DNA from: a virus
Taxonomy: Duplodnaviria; Heunggongvirae; Uroviricota; Caudoviricetes
Strand: one strand, 5' to 3'
Length of the DNA: 10,730 nt
Virus record (IMG/VR): IMGVR_UViG_3300032323_004296
The translations under genes were made by a program, and so were the position numbers. The notes below the pieces were generated by a model. It was not told the origin of the DNA. It worked only from the letters and a program-made list of their open reading frames with translations, and did not search any database. Of the stretch, positions 1-6,672 are shown in pieces. Position 1 is the stretch's first letter. Each line of letters starts with the position of its first letter.

Positions 1-1
1 A

Positions 2-91
2 GGTGCTCAGGGAGGACAAGGTGCTCAGGGAGGACAAGGTGCTCAGGGAGGACAAGGTGCTCAGGGAGGACAAGGTGCTCAGGGAGGACAA
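2..91 (+). repeat. Perfect 18-bp tandem repeat x5 (GGTGCTCAGGGAGGACAA = GAQGGQ); may extend upstream of the window
   Basis: Copies at 2, 20, 38, 56 and 74, with a further copy at 137-154; all in the collagen frame. Confidence 0.95.
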
Positions 92-1378
92 GGTGCTCAA
101 GGAGCAACAGGAAATATAGGGGCAACAGGAACTACAGGTGCTCAGGGAGGACAAGGTGCTCAGGGTGTACAGGGTGCTCAAGGAGCTCAAGGTGTTCAAG
201 GTACGACTGGAGCTCAGGGTGCTCAGGGTGCTCAGGGTGCACAGGGTGCTCAAGGCTCCACAGGAACTACAGGTGCTCAAGGAGCTCAGGGTGCTCAGGG
301 TGCACAGGGTGCTCAAGGCTCAACAGGAACTACAGGTGCTCAAGGAGGACAAGGTTCTCAAGGTTTAATTTTAGGACCACAAGGACCACAAGGACCACAA
401 GGTGCCCAAGGGGCGAGAGGACCACAAGGAGCACAAGGTGCTCAAGGTGGACAAGGTGCTCAAGGCGGACAAGGTGCTCAAGGTGCACAAGGTTTTCAAG
501 GTGCTCAAGGTGGACAGGGAGCTGAAGGGGCCACAGGACAACAAGGTCCACAGGGTGCGCAAGGTGCTCCAGGTGTCACAGGAGCCCAAGGAGTACAAGG
601 AGCGACAGGTTTTCCTGGTGCAAATGGTCAACAGGGGCCACAAGGAGCTCAAGGGGCTCCTGGAGTTGCAGGTGCACAAGGTCCACAAGGAGCAAAAGGA
701 AATATTGGTGCAATAGGACTGAGTCCGACCGTACCAGGAAATACAGGTAATCCAGGTCCACAAGGAAATACGGGACCTCAAGGAGGGCAGGGTGCTCAAG
801 GACCACTTGGTGGACAAGGTTTTCAAGGAGCCCAAGGGGCACAGACCTTTGGTCCTCCTGGTACTCAAGGTGCTCAAGGAAATGTTGGTGACCAAGGTGT
901 TAATCGTGGTGGTCTTCCCCCAGGACCTGAAGGTGCTCAAGGTGCTACGGGTGCTCAAGGTGCTCAAGGACAAAGTGGAGGTCCAGGACCAACGGGTGTC
1001 CAAGGGGCTCAAGGTCATCCTGGTGCCACAGGTAGGACAGGTGCAATCGGACCACCATCTGACTCAAGGATGAAGAAAAACATTAAAGTAATTGAGGATG
1101 CTGTTAGTATAGTCCAAAAATTGAGAGGTGTTAGATTTAAGTGGAAGGACCCACAAAAATATCATATTCACAAGAAAGATGATGATGATATAGGTTTCAT
1201 TGCACAAGAACTTCAAGAGGTTTTACCACAGGTTGTATATGGTGACGAAAAAAATGGATATAAAGTAAAATACTCTGAGATTGTTGCAATTTGCACTGAA
1301 GCAATTAAAGAACAATATGGATTGTTGACTCAGATAGAGGATAAGTTAAAAAAGATAGAAGACAAACTTAACGGTTAG
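2..1378 (+). CDS. Collagen-like (Gly-X-Y) fibre protein with C-terminal peptidase S74 intramolecular chaperone; 5'-truncated by the window
   Basis: Hand translation from base 2 gives no stop to TAG 1376-1378: GAQGGQ...GPQGPQGPQ...GAIGPP, then S-D-S-R-M-K (1058-1075), which fits the S74 S-D-x-R-x-K autocleavage motif. It continues [23 protein letters not shown] and a C-terminal coiled coil (AIKEQ...[12 protein letters not shown]). The track ORF 1070..1378 is only its last 102 aa. Confidence 0.93.
   Translation, partial: GAQGGQGAQGGQGAQGGQGAQGGQGAQGGQGAQGATGNIGATGTTGAQGGQGAQGVQGAQGAQGVQGTTGAQGAQGAQGAQGAQGSTGTTGAQGAQGAQGAQGAQGSTGTTGAQGGQGSQGLILGPQGPQGPQGAQGARGPQGAQGAQGGQGAQGGQGAQGAQGFQGAQGGQGAEGATGQQGPQGAQGAPGVTGAQGVQGATGFPGANGQQGPQGAQGAPGVAGAQGPQGAKGNIGAIGLSPTVPGNTGNPGPQGNTGPQGGQGAQGPLGGQGFQGAQGAQTFGPPGTQGAQGNVGDQGVNRGGLPPGPEGAQGATGAQGAQGQSGGPGPTGVQGAQGHPGATGRTGAIGPPSDSRMKKNIKVIEDAVSIVQKLRGVRFKWKDPQKYHIHKKDDDDIGFIAQELQEVLPQVVYGDEKNGYKVKYSEIVAICTEAIKEQYGLLTQIEDKLKKIEDKLNG
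221..346 (+). repeat. 63-bp tandem duplication within the collagen region
   Basis: 221-283 and 284-346 are identical except one synonymous change (TCC vs TCA). Confidence 0.9.
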
Positions 1379-2409
1379 TATATATAATCGTTAAACATTT
1401 CGTTGATGTTTCTATCAACTTTTGAACTATCAGGAAAATCAGGGGGATATACCTTTGAATAATCACGGTTTTCGTCGAGAACCCATGTTAATATTGCTGA
1501 GTAGTTACCATAATACCTAACTGATTCTGGATATGTGGATTCCACATTCCATCTTAGATAATCATTTATTATTTCGGGTAAATTTCTTATTGGTAATTTC
1601 ATTCTTTCTACAGTACTTGCAATCTTTTGTGAACCAGCAGGTCCTGTATACATGGGTACTGAAACCCATTTCTTTTGGTCAGTGACAAAAAACTTATCAA
1701 GCTGATTCCAAACTTCCTCGTAAACTTCTTCTTCATATGCTGAATTGTAAGCCCAATGATGAAGGTTTATTAGGTTTCTCTTCAAATCAGATAATTCATC
1801 ATCAAGAAGTGATTCGAAAGTTTCTCTGTCATCGACAATTCTTTCAACATTGTTTTTGTCTATGATTACAAAATTAGGGTGACCTTGTTCTTCGGCAATC
1901 AATTCTAAAAGTTCTGTACTTGGTTCTATTTGAATGTCTTTCGAAAAATATAAGACGGCCTCATATAAAGATTGTAAATTTACAATATTCAATTCTTCAA
2001 CAACGTCAGAATAAACATTGTTTGTTGTGTCGTCAAAAAATTCAAAGTCTAAACTTTCACCACTCAAAATTTTTCCTACAGTTTTTTTCTGTAAGGTATT
2101 TCTACCTTCATCAAAAAGAGTAGATAAATCTGATGGGTCACCGACAAAATAAAACATCCCATTTTCAAATTCTACATCACTCAAATTCTCTTTTAAAAAT
2201 TCTATATAACTTGGCATGTGATGTTCATAAAAAGCCAATACAACTTTATTCTCAACTTCAGGTTCCATACTTGCATTGACGTTTAAGTATTTAAGTAATC
2301 CTTTCTGAGTTATTAAATCTACGAACAGACCAACATCATCTCCAAAGTTTCCCAAAAAGTCTGTATTTCCTGAATTGAATTCTTCAATATAATCTTTCCA
2401 AGTTGACAT
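1375..2409 (-). CDS. Acidic hypothetical protein, 344 aa; possible virion-internal protein
   Basis: Long ORF with strong Asp/Glu bias. TATTTATA lies 4 nt before the ATG. N-terminus [10 protein letters not shown]. The stop overlaps the stop of the collagen/S74 gene by 4 nt. Confidence 0.85.
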   Translation of the reverse strand: MSTWKDYIEEFNSGNTDFLGNFGDDVGLFVDLITQKGLLKYLNVNASMEPEVENKVVLAFYEHHMPSYIEFLKENLSDVEFENGMFYFVGDPSDLSTLFDEGRNTLQKKTVGKILSGESLDFEFFDDTTNNVYSDVVEELNIVNLQSLYEAVLYFSKDIQIEPSTELLELIAEEQGHPNFVIIDKNNVERIVDDRETFESLLDDELSDLKRNLINLHHWAYNSAYEEEVYEEVWNQLDKFFVTDQKKWVSVPMYTGPAGSQKIASTVERMKLPIRNLPEIINDYLRWNVESTYPESVRYYGNYSAILTWVLDENRDYSKVYPPDFPDSSKVDRNINEMFNDYIY

Positions 2410-2413
2410 ATCT

Positions 2414-2421
2414 TATAAATA
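2414..2421 (-). promoter_or_regulatory. TATTTATA motif upstream of the 344-aa gene (candidate phage late promoter)
   Basis: Minus strand reads GTATTTATA-AGAT-ATG, the same 4-nt spacing as at 10152-10159. It sits just downstream of a terminator, where a new promoter would be needed. Confidence 0.5.
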
Positions 2422-2422
2422 C

Positions 2423-2452
2423 AAAAAAAGGGACGTTTTTTTAACGCCCCTT
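2423..2452 (-). terminator. Intrinsic (rho-independent) terminator after the 55-aa gene
   Basis: Minus strand: AAGGGGCGTT, short A loop, AACGTCCCTT, then TTTTT; 10-bp stem with one G-U pair, 23 nt after the TAG at 2476. Confidence 0.8.
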
Positions 2453-2475
2453 CTAACTAATTGTCCCTCCCCTTT

Positions 2476-2643
2476 CTACTGTGAAGATTTGTTAACGTAA
2501 TAATACTTTTCTACTGTCTTCTTGATAGCTTGTTTAACACTTTCATTTACGACAGTTTTAGTAGTCTGACCCGAAGTAGTTTGGGTAGTTTGAGTAGAAG
2601 GAGCTGGAGCTGGTTGTTGTTTACCTTTACATCCGCAACCCAT
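2476..2643 (-). CDS. Small hypothetical protein, 55 aa, MGCGCK N-terminus (absent from ORF track)
   Basis: Hand translation: MGCGCKGKQQPAPAPSTQTTQTTSGQTTKTVVNESVKQAIKKTVEKYYYVNKSSQ*. It fills the apparent intergenic gap, has ATATTTAT upstream and a terminator downstream. Confidence 0.85.
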   Translation of the reverse strand: MGCGCKGKQQPAPAPSTQTTQTTSGQTTKTVVNESVKQAIKKTVEKYYYVNKSSQ

Positions 2644-2673
2644 AGCATTTATTTTTAAATGTTTATTATACCA

Positions 2674-2701
2674 ATAAATATAAATTGTGCCTAATATTTA
2701 T
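2674..2701. promoter_or_regulatory. Back-to-back ATATTTAT motifs serving the divergent genes (8-bp inverted repeat, 12-bp spacer)
   Basis: ATAAATAT 2674-2681 (ATATTTAT on the minus strand, pointing to 2643) and ATATTTAT 2694-2701 (plus strand, 13 nt before ATG 2715). Confidence 0.55.
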
Positions 2702-2714
2702 CAAATAAAAAAGG

Positions 2715-4466
2715 ATGAAATTTTTGGATATTTTAAAAGAAAGTAGGGAAGATAATTTCAAACAACAATTCACAAGAAAGTTCGGACAAGAAAATGTCCA
2801 AAGGATTGTTGATTTGATAGAACCAAAATTTCTGAATTGGGTTGGTCAGGTGTTAGAAACTATGAACTTTGACCAAAACTTAATGAAAGTCAAACAAAAC
2901 ATAGATTTATTCAAAAAATATTCAACGAATTTACCAAAAACAGATATCTCACAATATAAGAGTATTGATGAATTAGCAACTGCTATCAAAACTTATGTAG
3001 AAAGACCAAGAAGGTCTTATAAACAAGTAGAGGGTGGTAATGTTGTTTATGAAGATGATAGATTTTTTGTTGTAAACCCATTAACACCTACGGCTTCTTG
3101 TTATTATGGTAAGGGGACTAAATGGTGTACGGCGGCTGAGACTAATAATCAGTTTGTAAAATACAACGATGACGGTAAACTTTTTTATATTCTAGACAAA
3201 ACAAAGGCGGCAAATGACCCAATGTATAAAATAGCCTTATTGAAAAAATTTGATGGGGAAGAAATATTCTACGATGCTAAAGATGAAGTTATTTATAAAC
3301 CTAAGGAAATATTCGGTGAAGAAATTGTTAATAAACTTATCAAGGAGATTGTAGATTACATGAACTCTGAATTCTCTGAACAATTGGCTATTTTTGCTGA
3401 CAAGGAAAGGGTAAAGAAGGAAAAAGAAAGAATTGAAGCGTTGAGAAGGAGAAGAGAACAAATGGCTAAAGAGGCTCAAGCTGAAGAAAGGAGGTTGGAT
3501 AACGAATGGGATTTGAATAGTGGTAATTGTGATGAAGAATGTCTAAAGGCGAATGGAGTTTTGAGATATATAGATGATACAAACAACCATAATATAATAA
3601 CCAATGAAGATAGAGAATATATTGCTTCGTTGAAATCGGAAATCGAGAGATTAAATAACGAATACAATCAGAGTGAAGATGTTAGAACTGACTTATTAGA
3701 TAGTATTTCTGAATTGGAGGATGAACTCGAAGGGTATTCGGAATATATTGATTTATATTCGATTATTCCATTGACCTATGACTATTATGGGTTATCGCAA
3801 TTTGAGTTGATTACAGATGGGCATACGTATGCTGCTGGTACACAACAAGAAATGGCAGACGCAGTGGTAGATTATGTAAATCAACTGGTGGATGATGTTG
3901 GTTATGAAGGTTTTAGAGCTTCGTTTGTTGAAGACCACGTCGACGCAGATATGGTTGCAGACCACTTCAGAGATTTTTGGGAGGAGGATATTAATGATAG
4001 TCCTGATTCGTATTTTGATGATGAAAGTAGAATGTTATCAGATAAACAGAATGACCAAATATCTCACCTGAAAAAACAAATTCAATATTATAGAACAGTA
4101 ATCCAAACATTGGAGGCTCGTTTAGATGATGAGGAAGAAGATGAAATTACTTCGAAAATTGAAGAATTCGAATCTAATATTGAAGAACTTGAATCGGAAA
4201 TAGAAGAAATAGAATCAGACCCTGAAGGTGATTTTCCACAAGAATTAATTGATGAGAAGGTTGAAGAAATGATTGAAGACGTGAGAAGTAGTCCATTGTA
4301 TTATATTAGGGAACATGGAATGGAAATGACAGAGTTTATAGACAGACAATCGTTTGTAGACGCGGTGGTTGATGAGGATGGTTGGGGGGTTCTTTGTCCA
4401 TATGACGGGAACTACGAAGAATATAACATCAATGACAAATGGATTTATGTATTCAGACTTGATTAA
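2715..4466 (+). CDS. Hypothetical protein, 583 aa: N-terminal globular domain with ASCYYGKGTKWCTA motif, acidic coiled-coil C-terminal half
   Basis: Long ORF. Motif at 3093-3134; charged helix ERVKKEKERIEALRRRREQMAKE; very D/E-rich C-terminus. The GxxTxWCT motif is one I associate with large-phage proteins of unknown function. Confidence 0.85.
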   Translation: MKFLDILKESREDNFKQQFTRKFGQENVQRIVDLIEPKFLNWVGQVLETMNFDQNLMKVKQNIDLFKKYSTNLPKTDISQYKSIDELATAIKTYVERPRRSYKQVEGGNVVYEDDRFFVVNPLTPTASCYYGKGTKWCTAAETNNQFVKYNDDGKLFYILDKTKAANDPMYKIALLKKFDGEEIFYDAKDEVIYKPKEIFGEEIVNKLIKEIVDYMNSEFSEQLAIFADKERVKKEKERIEALRRRREQMAKEAQAEERRLDNEWDLNSGNCDEECLKANGVLRYIDDTNNHNIITNEDREYIASLKSEIERLNNEYNQSEDVRTDLLDSISELEDELEGYSEYIDLYSIIPLTYDYYGLSQFELITDGHTYAAGTQQEMADAVVDYVNQLVDDVGYEGFRASFVEDHVDADMVADHFRDFWEEDINDSPDSYFDDESRMLSDKQNDQISHLKKQIQYYRTVIQTLEARLDDEEEDEITSKIEEFESNIEELESEIEEIESDPEGDFPQELIDEKVEEMIEDVRSSPLYYIREHGMEMTEFIDRQSFVDAVVDEDGWGVLCPYDGNYEEYNINDKWIYVFRLD

Positions 4467-4468
4467 AG

Positions 4469-4481
4469 TTTTTTATATTTC
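4469..4481 (+). promoter_or_regulatory. TTTTTTATATTT(C) motif, near match to the Bacteroidota -7 element TAnnTTTG
   Basis: The same 12-mer TTTTTTATATTT occurs at 4469-4480 and 8169-8180, both just before an ATG. TATATTTC ends 3 nt before ATG 4485. No clear -33 TTTG here. Confidence 0.4.
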
Positions 4482-4484
4482 AAT

Positions 4485-5261
4485 ATGGCAAGAAAAAAGA
4501 AAATGGCATTCAGACTTAATCCTGAATGGATGTTTAAGGAACCCATAGATTTTGAATATAACAAATACACACTATTGGGTTATTTGCAGAAATGTGAAAA
4601 TAGGTTTGAGAAATTTGAAATCTATCCAGACTTTGTTGAGTTATCATTGCACTTTGCTAATTTACAATCTTTACTGAAAGAAAATACATTATTATTGACT
4701 GAGAAAAAGTTCGAAGACCCTGACGATGAAATATTACTTAAAGAGTTATACCCAAAAGTTCCACCAAAACTTAATGAAGAAGAACAAGCAGAAATAGATA
4801 AGACTATTAAGTATTCAACAACTAAAGTGTTCGATGTTTTTAATATTGGAAAATCAATATGGAACGTTGTTCACGATAGTATGAACCTCAGTATCAAAAA
4901 GAATAAAGAAAATATTGAGTCGACAAGGGGATATTCATTTTATTATTCCAAAGAGGACGAAACTCTACATGTTTGGGAGTATACAATCAAAAATGCAGGA
5001 AAACAGCAAATTTCCAAAACATATCTAACCAAAATATACGAAGGACCAACAGAGGACAAAACCATGAATGATGTCCTTTACTCCAACACAACATGGAAAG
5101 AGACAGAAGAACACAAAAAATTTCCAGTATTTGAAATTAAATGTTCACAGAAATATCCAATGCAAGAAGCCTTCATCCCAATGATGAGAAGAAAAATTAT
5201 GGCTTACGTTTTCCAAATTGTTAATTTTAAAAAGAACCAAGTTATTGATTCTGTCAAATAG
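4485..5261 (+). CDS. Conserved hypothetical protein, 258 aa
   Basis: Long ORF. The N-terminal W...IDFEYNKYTLLGYLQ...YP...L...H segment resembles an uncharacterised family I recall from Bacteroidota and their phages (not verified). Confidence 0.85.
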   Translation: MARKKKMAFRLNPEWMFKEPIDFEYNKYTLLGYLQKCENRFEKFEIYPDFVELSLHFANLQSLLKENTLLLTEKKFEDPDDEILLKELYPKVPPKLNEEEQAEIDKTIKYSTTKVFDVFNIGKSIWNVVHDSMNLSIKKNKENIESTRGYSFYYSKEDETLHVWEYTIKNAGKQQISKTYLTKIYEGPTEDKTMNDVLYSNTTWKETEEHKKFPVFEIKCSQKYPMQEAFIPMMRRKIMAYVFQIVNFKKNQVIDSVK

Positions 5262-5275
5262 ATTCATTAACTTTG
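5245..5275 (+). promoter_or_regulatory. Bacteroidota-type housekeeping promoter TTG-N20-TAACTTTG
   Basis: TTG 5245-5247 and a perfect TAnnTTTG at 5268-5275, 3 nt before ATG 5279. Confidence 0.55.
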
Positions 5276-5278
5276 TTT

Positions 5279-5476
5279 ATGGGCTTTCACAGACGAATAA
5301 TTACTGAACAAGTAACTAAATCCTATCTGAATTCAGATGAACTTCCTGTGCTTTATTCGTCAGAATCACTTATTTTTATGGACGATGTTAGCTCCAAAGT
5401 GTTTGAATTATTCAAAAGCGGTATAACTACGGAAGAAATCAAAAATAGAATATATGAAGACAATCATGGCAATTAA
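5279..5476 (+). CDS. Small hypothetical protein, 65 aa (MGFHRRIITE...)
   Basis: ATG 5279 is preferred over the track's TTG 5273, which lies inside the promoter element. Overlaps the next gene by 23 nt. Confidence 0.7.
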   Translation: MGFHRRIITEQVTKSYLNSDELPVLYSSESLIFMDDVSSKVFELFKSGITTEEIKNRIYEDNHGN

Positions 5477-5708
5477 AGATGGTAAAGAGTTCAAGTCAGG
5501 TGAAATCAGACGTGTTGATGACAAAACGGCATTTAACATGGTAGGACTTTCTTGGAAGTATATTCCAAAAACAGAATGGAAAAAGTCCACAAGGAACCAA
5601 GTTGGAACTAAGTTGGAACCAACTCAGGACCAAGTTGAAAACGACCAAGTTGAGAAAAAACCTTATAAAAAAGGGCAAAGGTCTGAGAAACATAAAAACA
5701 AAGACTGA
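5454..5708 (+). CDS. Small basic hypothetical protein, 84 aa
   Basis: Co-oriented ORF in the coupled chain; Lys-rich; its stop TGA overlaps the next ATG (TGATG). Confidence 0.75.
   Translation: MKTIMAIKDGKEFKSGEIRRVDDKTAFNMVGLSWKYIPKTEWKKSTRNQVGTKLEPTQDQVENDQVEKKPYKKGQRSEKHKNKD
5594..5652 (+). repeat. Degenerate 11-bp-period repeat array (consensus GAACCAAGTTG) inside the 84-aa CDS
   Basis: GAACCAAGTTG 5594, GAACTAAGTTG 5605, GAACCAACTCA 5616, GGACCAAGTTG 5627, then GACCAAGTTG 5643. Contains the quasi-palindrome AGTTGG-AA-CCAACT (5611-5624). Confidence 0.7.
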
Positions 5709-5836
5709 TGAAAAGTTTTATTAGAAAAGTTGAATGGTTCGTAGATTATTATTTCGTTTGGATGTTGTATAACGGCAGTAAGGGTCACAAGTATATCGAA
5801 TATATGGAGAAAAAATGGGGTAAGAATGAAAAATAA
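5708..5836 (+). CDS. Small aromatic-rich hypothetical protein, 42 aa (absent from ORF track)
   Basis: MKSFIRKVEWFVDYYFVWMLYNGSKGHKYIEYMEKKWGKNEK*; starts in a TGATG overlap and overlaps the next gene by 11 nt, exactly filling the gap. Confidence 0.75.
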   Translation: MKSFIRKVEWFVDYYFVWMLYNGSKGHKYIEYMEKKWGKNEK

Positions 5837-6014
5837 AGACTTCTTTTTTGCAATGTTATTTTCTCTCATAATTGGGTTAACAATTGTTGGACTTACTAAC
5901 AAAGGAGAAAAAGAATTACCTACTCCTTCAACTCGGGACACTACCTCTCAAGAGTATTACAAAAAAAGTTTAGATAGTTTCTTTTTCGACCATAGTAAAA
6001 TACCTAATGAATGA
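5826..6014 (+). CDS. Small membrane-anchored hypothetical protein, 62 aa
   Basis: Basic N-terminus then a hydrophobic stretch FFFAMLFSLIIGLTIVGL; overlaps the next gene by 8 nt. Confidence 0.7.
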   Translation: MKNKDFFFAMLFSLIIGLTIVGLTNKGEKELPTPSTRDTTSQEYYKKSLDSFFFDHSKIPNE

Positions 6015-6663
6015 TGTGAAACCATACAAAGACCAAAAGTTAACATATTCATCTGATGGTAGATTGTTAGATGAATATGGTAACGCAGTTATGATGGAGT
6101 GGGAAAGACCCATAATGAAAAAGTCTGCTGAGGTAATTTGTAGAAATGGTGGTAAAGTTTTAAATGTTGGTTTCGGGATGGGAATCATTGATAGTTATAT
6201 CCAAGAACAAAATATTACTGAACATTGGATTATAGAACCACATATAGATGTGTATAGAAAAATGTTTGATGATGGATGGCATTTGAAACCTAAAGTGAAG
6301 ATATTATTTGGTGATTGGCAGTGGTATTTCAAATACCTACCCATGTTCGATGGGATATATTTTGACACTTGGGAAGACGACGGAGGTGACTTTTTGATGA
6401 AAGTTCGTAGTATTCTAAAAGAGAATGGAATCTTTTCATATTTCAATAACCCGAGAGAAGATGAAAAAGGACTCCATATGACGGACGATGATTTCGAAAT
6501 TATAACTAAGTGGGGTGAGGTTGAGTTTCAGCCTATTGATTTAGATTTTATAGATTCAACGGATAGACAAAGGACGGATGGTTTAATATATTGGTACCCT
6601 GAGTGGAAAAAATATTATTGTCCTATAATAAAGAAAAAAAACGTTCCTTATTACACATTTTAA
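6007..6663 (+). CDS. Class I SAM-dependent methyltransferase, Rmt2 / guanidinoacetate methyltransferase (GAMT) family
   Basis: VMMEWE, motif I VLNVGFGMGIID, EHWIIEPH, DGW, G-D-W-Q, FDGIYFDT and GIFSYFN match in order the motifs I recall for yeast Rmt2 and animal GAMT. Confidence 0.85.
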   Translation: MNDVKPYKDQKLTYSSDGRLLDEYGNAVMMEWERPIMKKSAEVICRNGGKVLNVGFGMGIIDSYIQEQNITEHWIIEPHIDVYRKMFDDGWHLKPKVKILFGDWQWYFKYLPMFDGIYFDTWEDDGGDFLMKVRSILKENGIFSYFNNPREDEKGLHMTDDDFEIITKWGEVEFQPIDLDFIDSTDRQRTDGLIYWYPEWKKYYCPIIKKKNVPYYTF

Positions 6664-6672
6664 AAAAATAAT

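Noticed and set aside
2-154. CRISPR-like array
   Set aside because: The 18-bp units are head-to-tail with no unique spacers and encode Gly-X-Y; no cas genes.
911-925. Possible programmed frameshift at the C5 run (CTTCCCCCAGGA)
   Set aside because: Counting bases gives GGT CTT CCC CCA GGA; the collagen frame continues without a shift.
138-1073. Track ORFs 138..368, 402..716, 792..1073 (+) and 330..551, 371..1018, 576..842 (-)
   Set aside because: Shadow frames of the collagen repeat (VLK/VLR and LST/LEH periodicity). The real frame starts at base 2 and lacks an internal ATG/GTG/TTG until 1070.
1070-1378. Stand-alone 102-aa S74 gene
   Set aside because: The ATG is an internal Met inside the SDSRMK cleavage motif; the frame is open all the way upstream.
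2414-2421. Exact T4 late promoter TATAAATA on the plus strand
   Set aside because: It points into a minus-strand terminator and the antisense of the 55-aa gene. The reverse reading TATTTATA matches the motif before four other genes.
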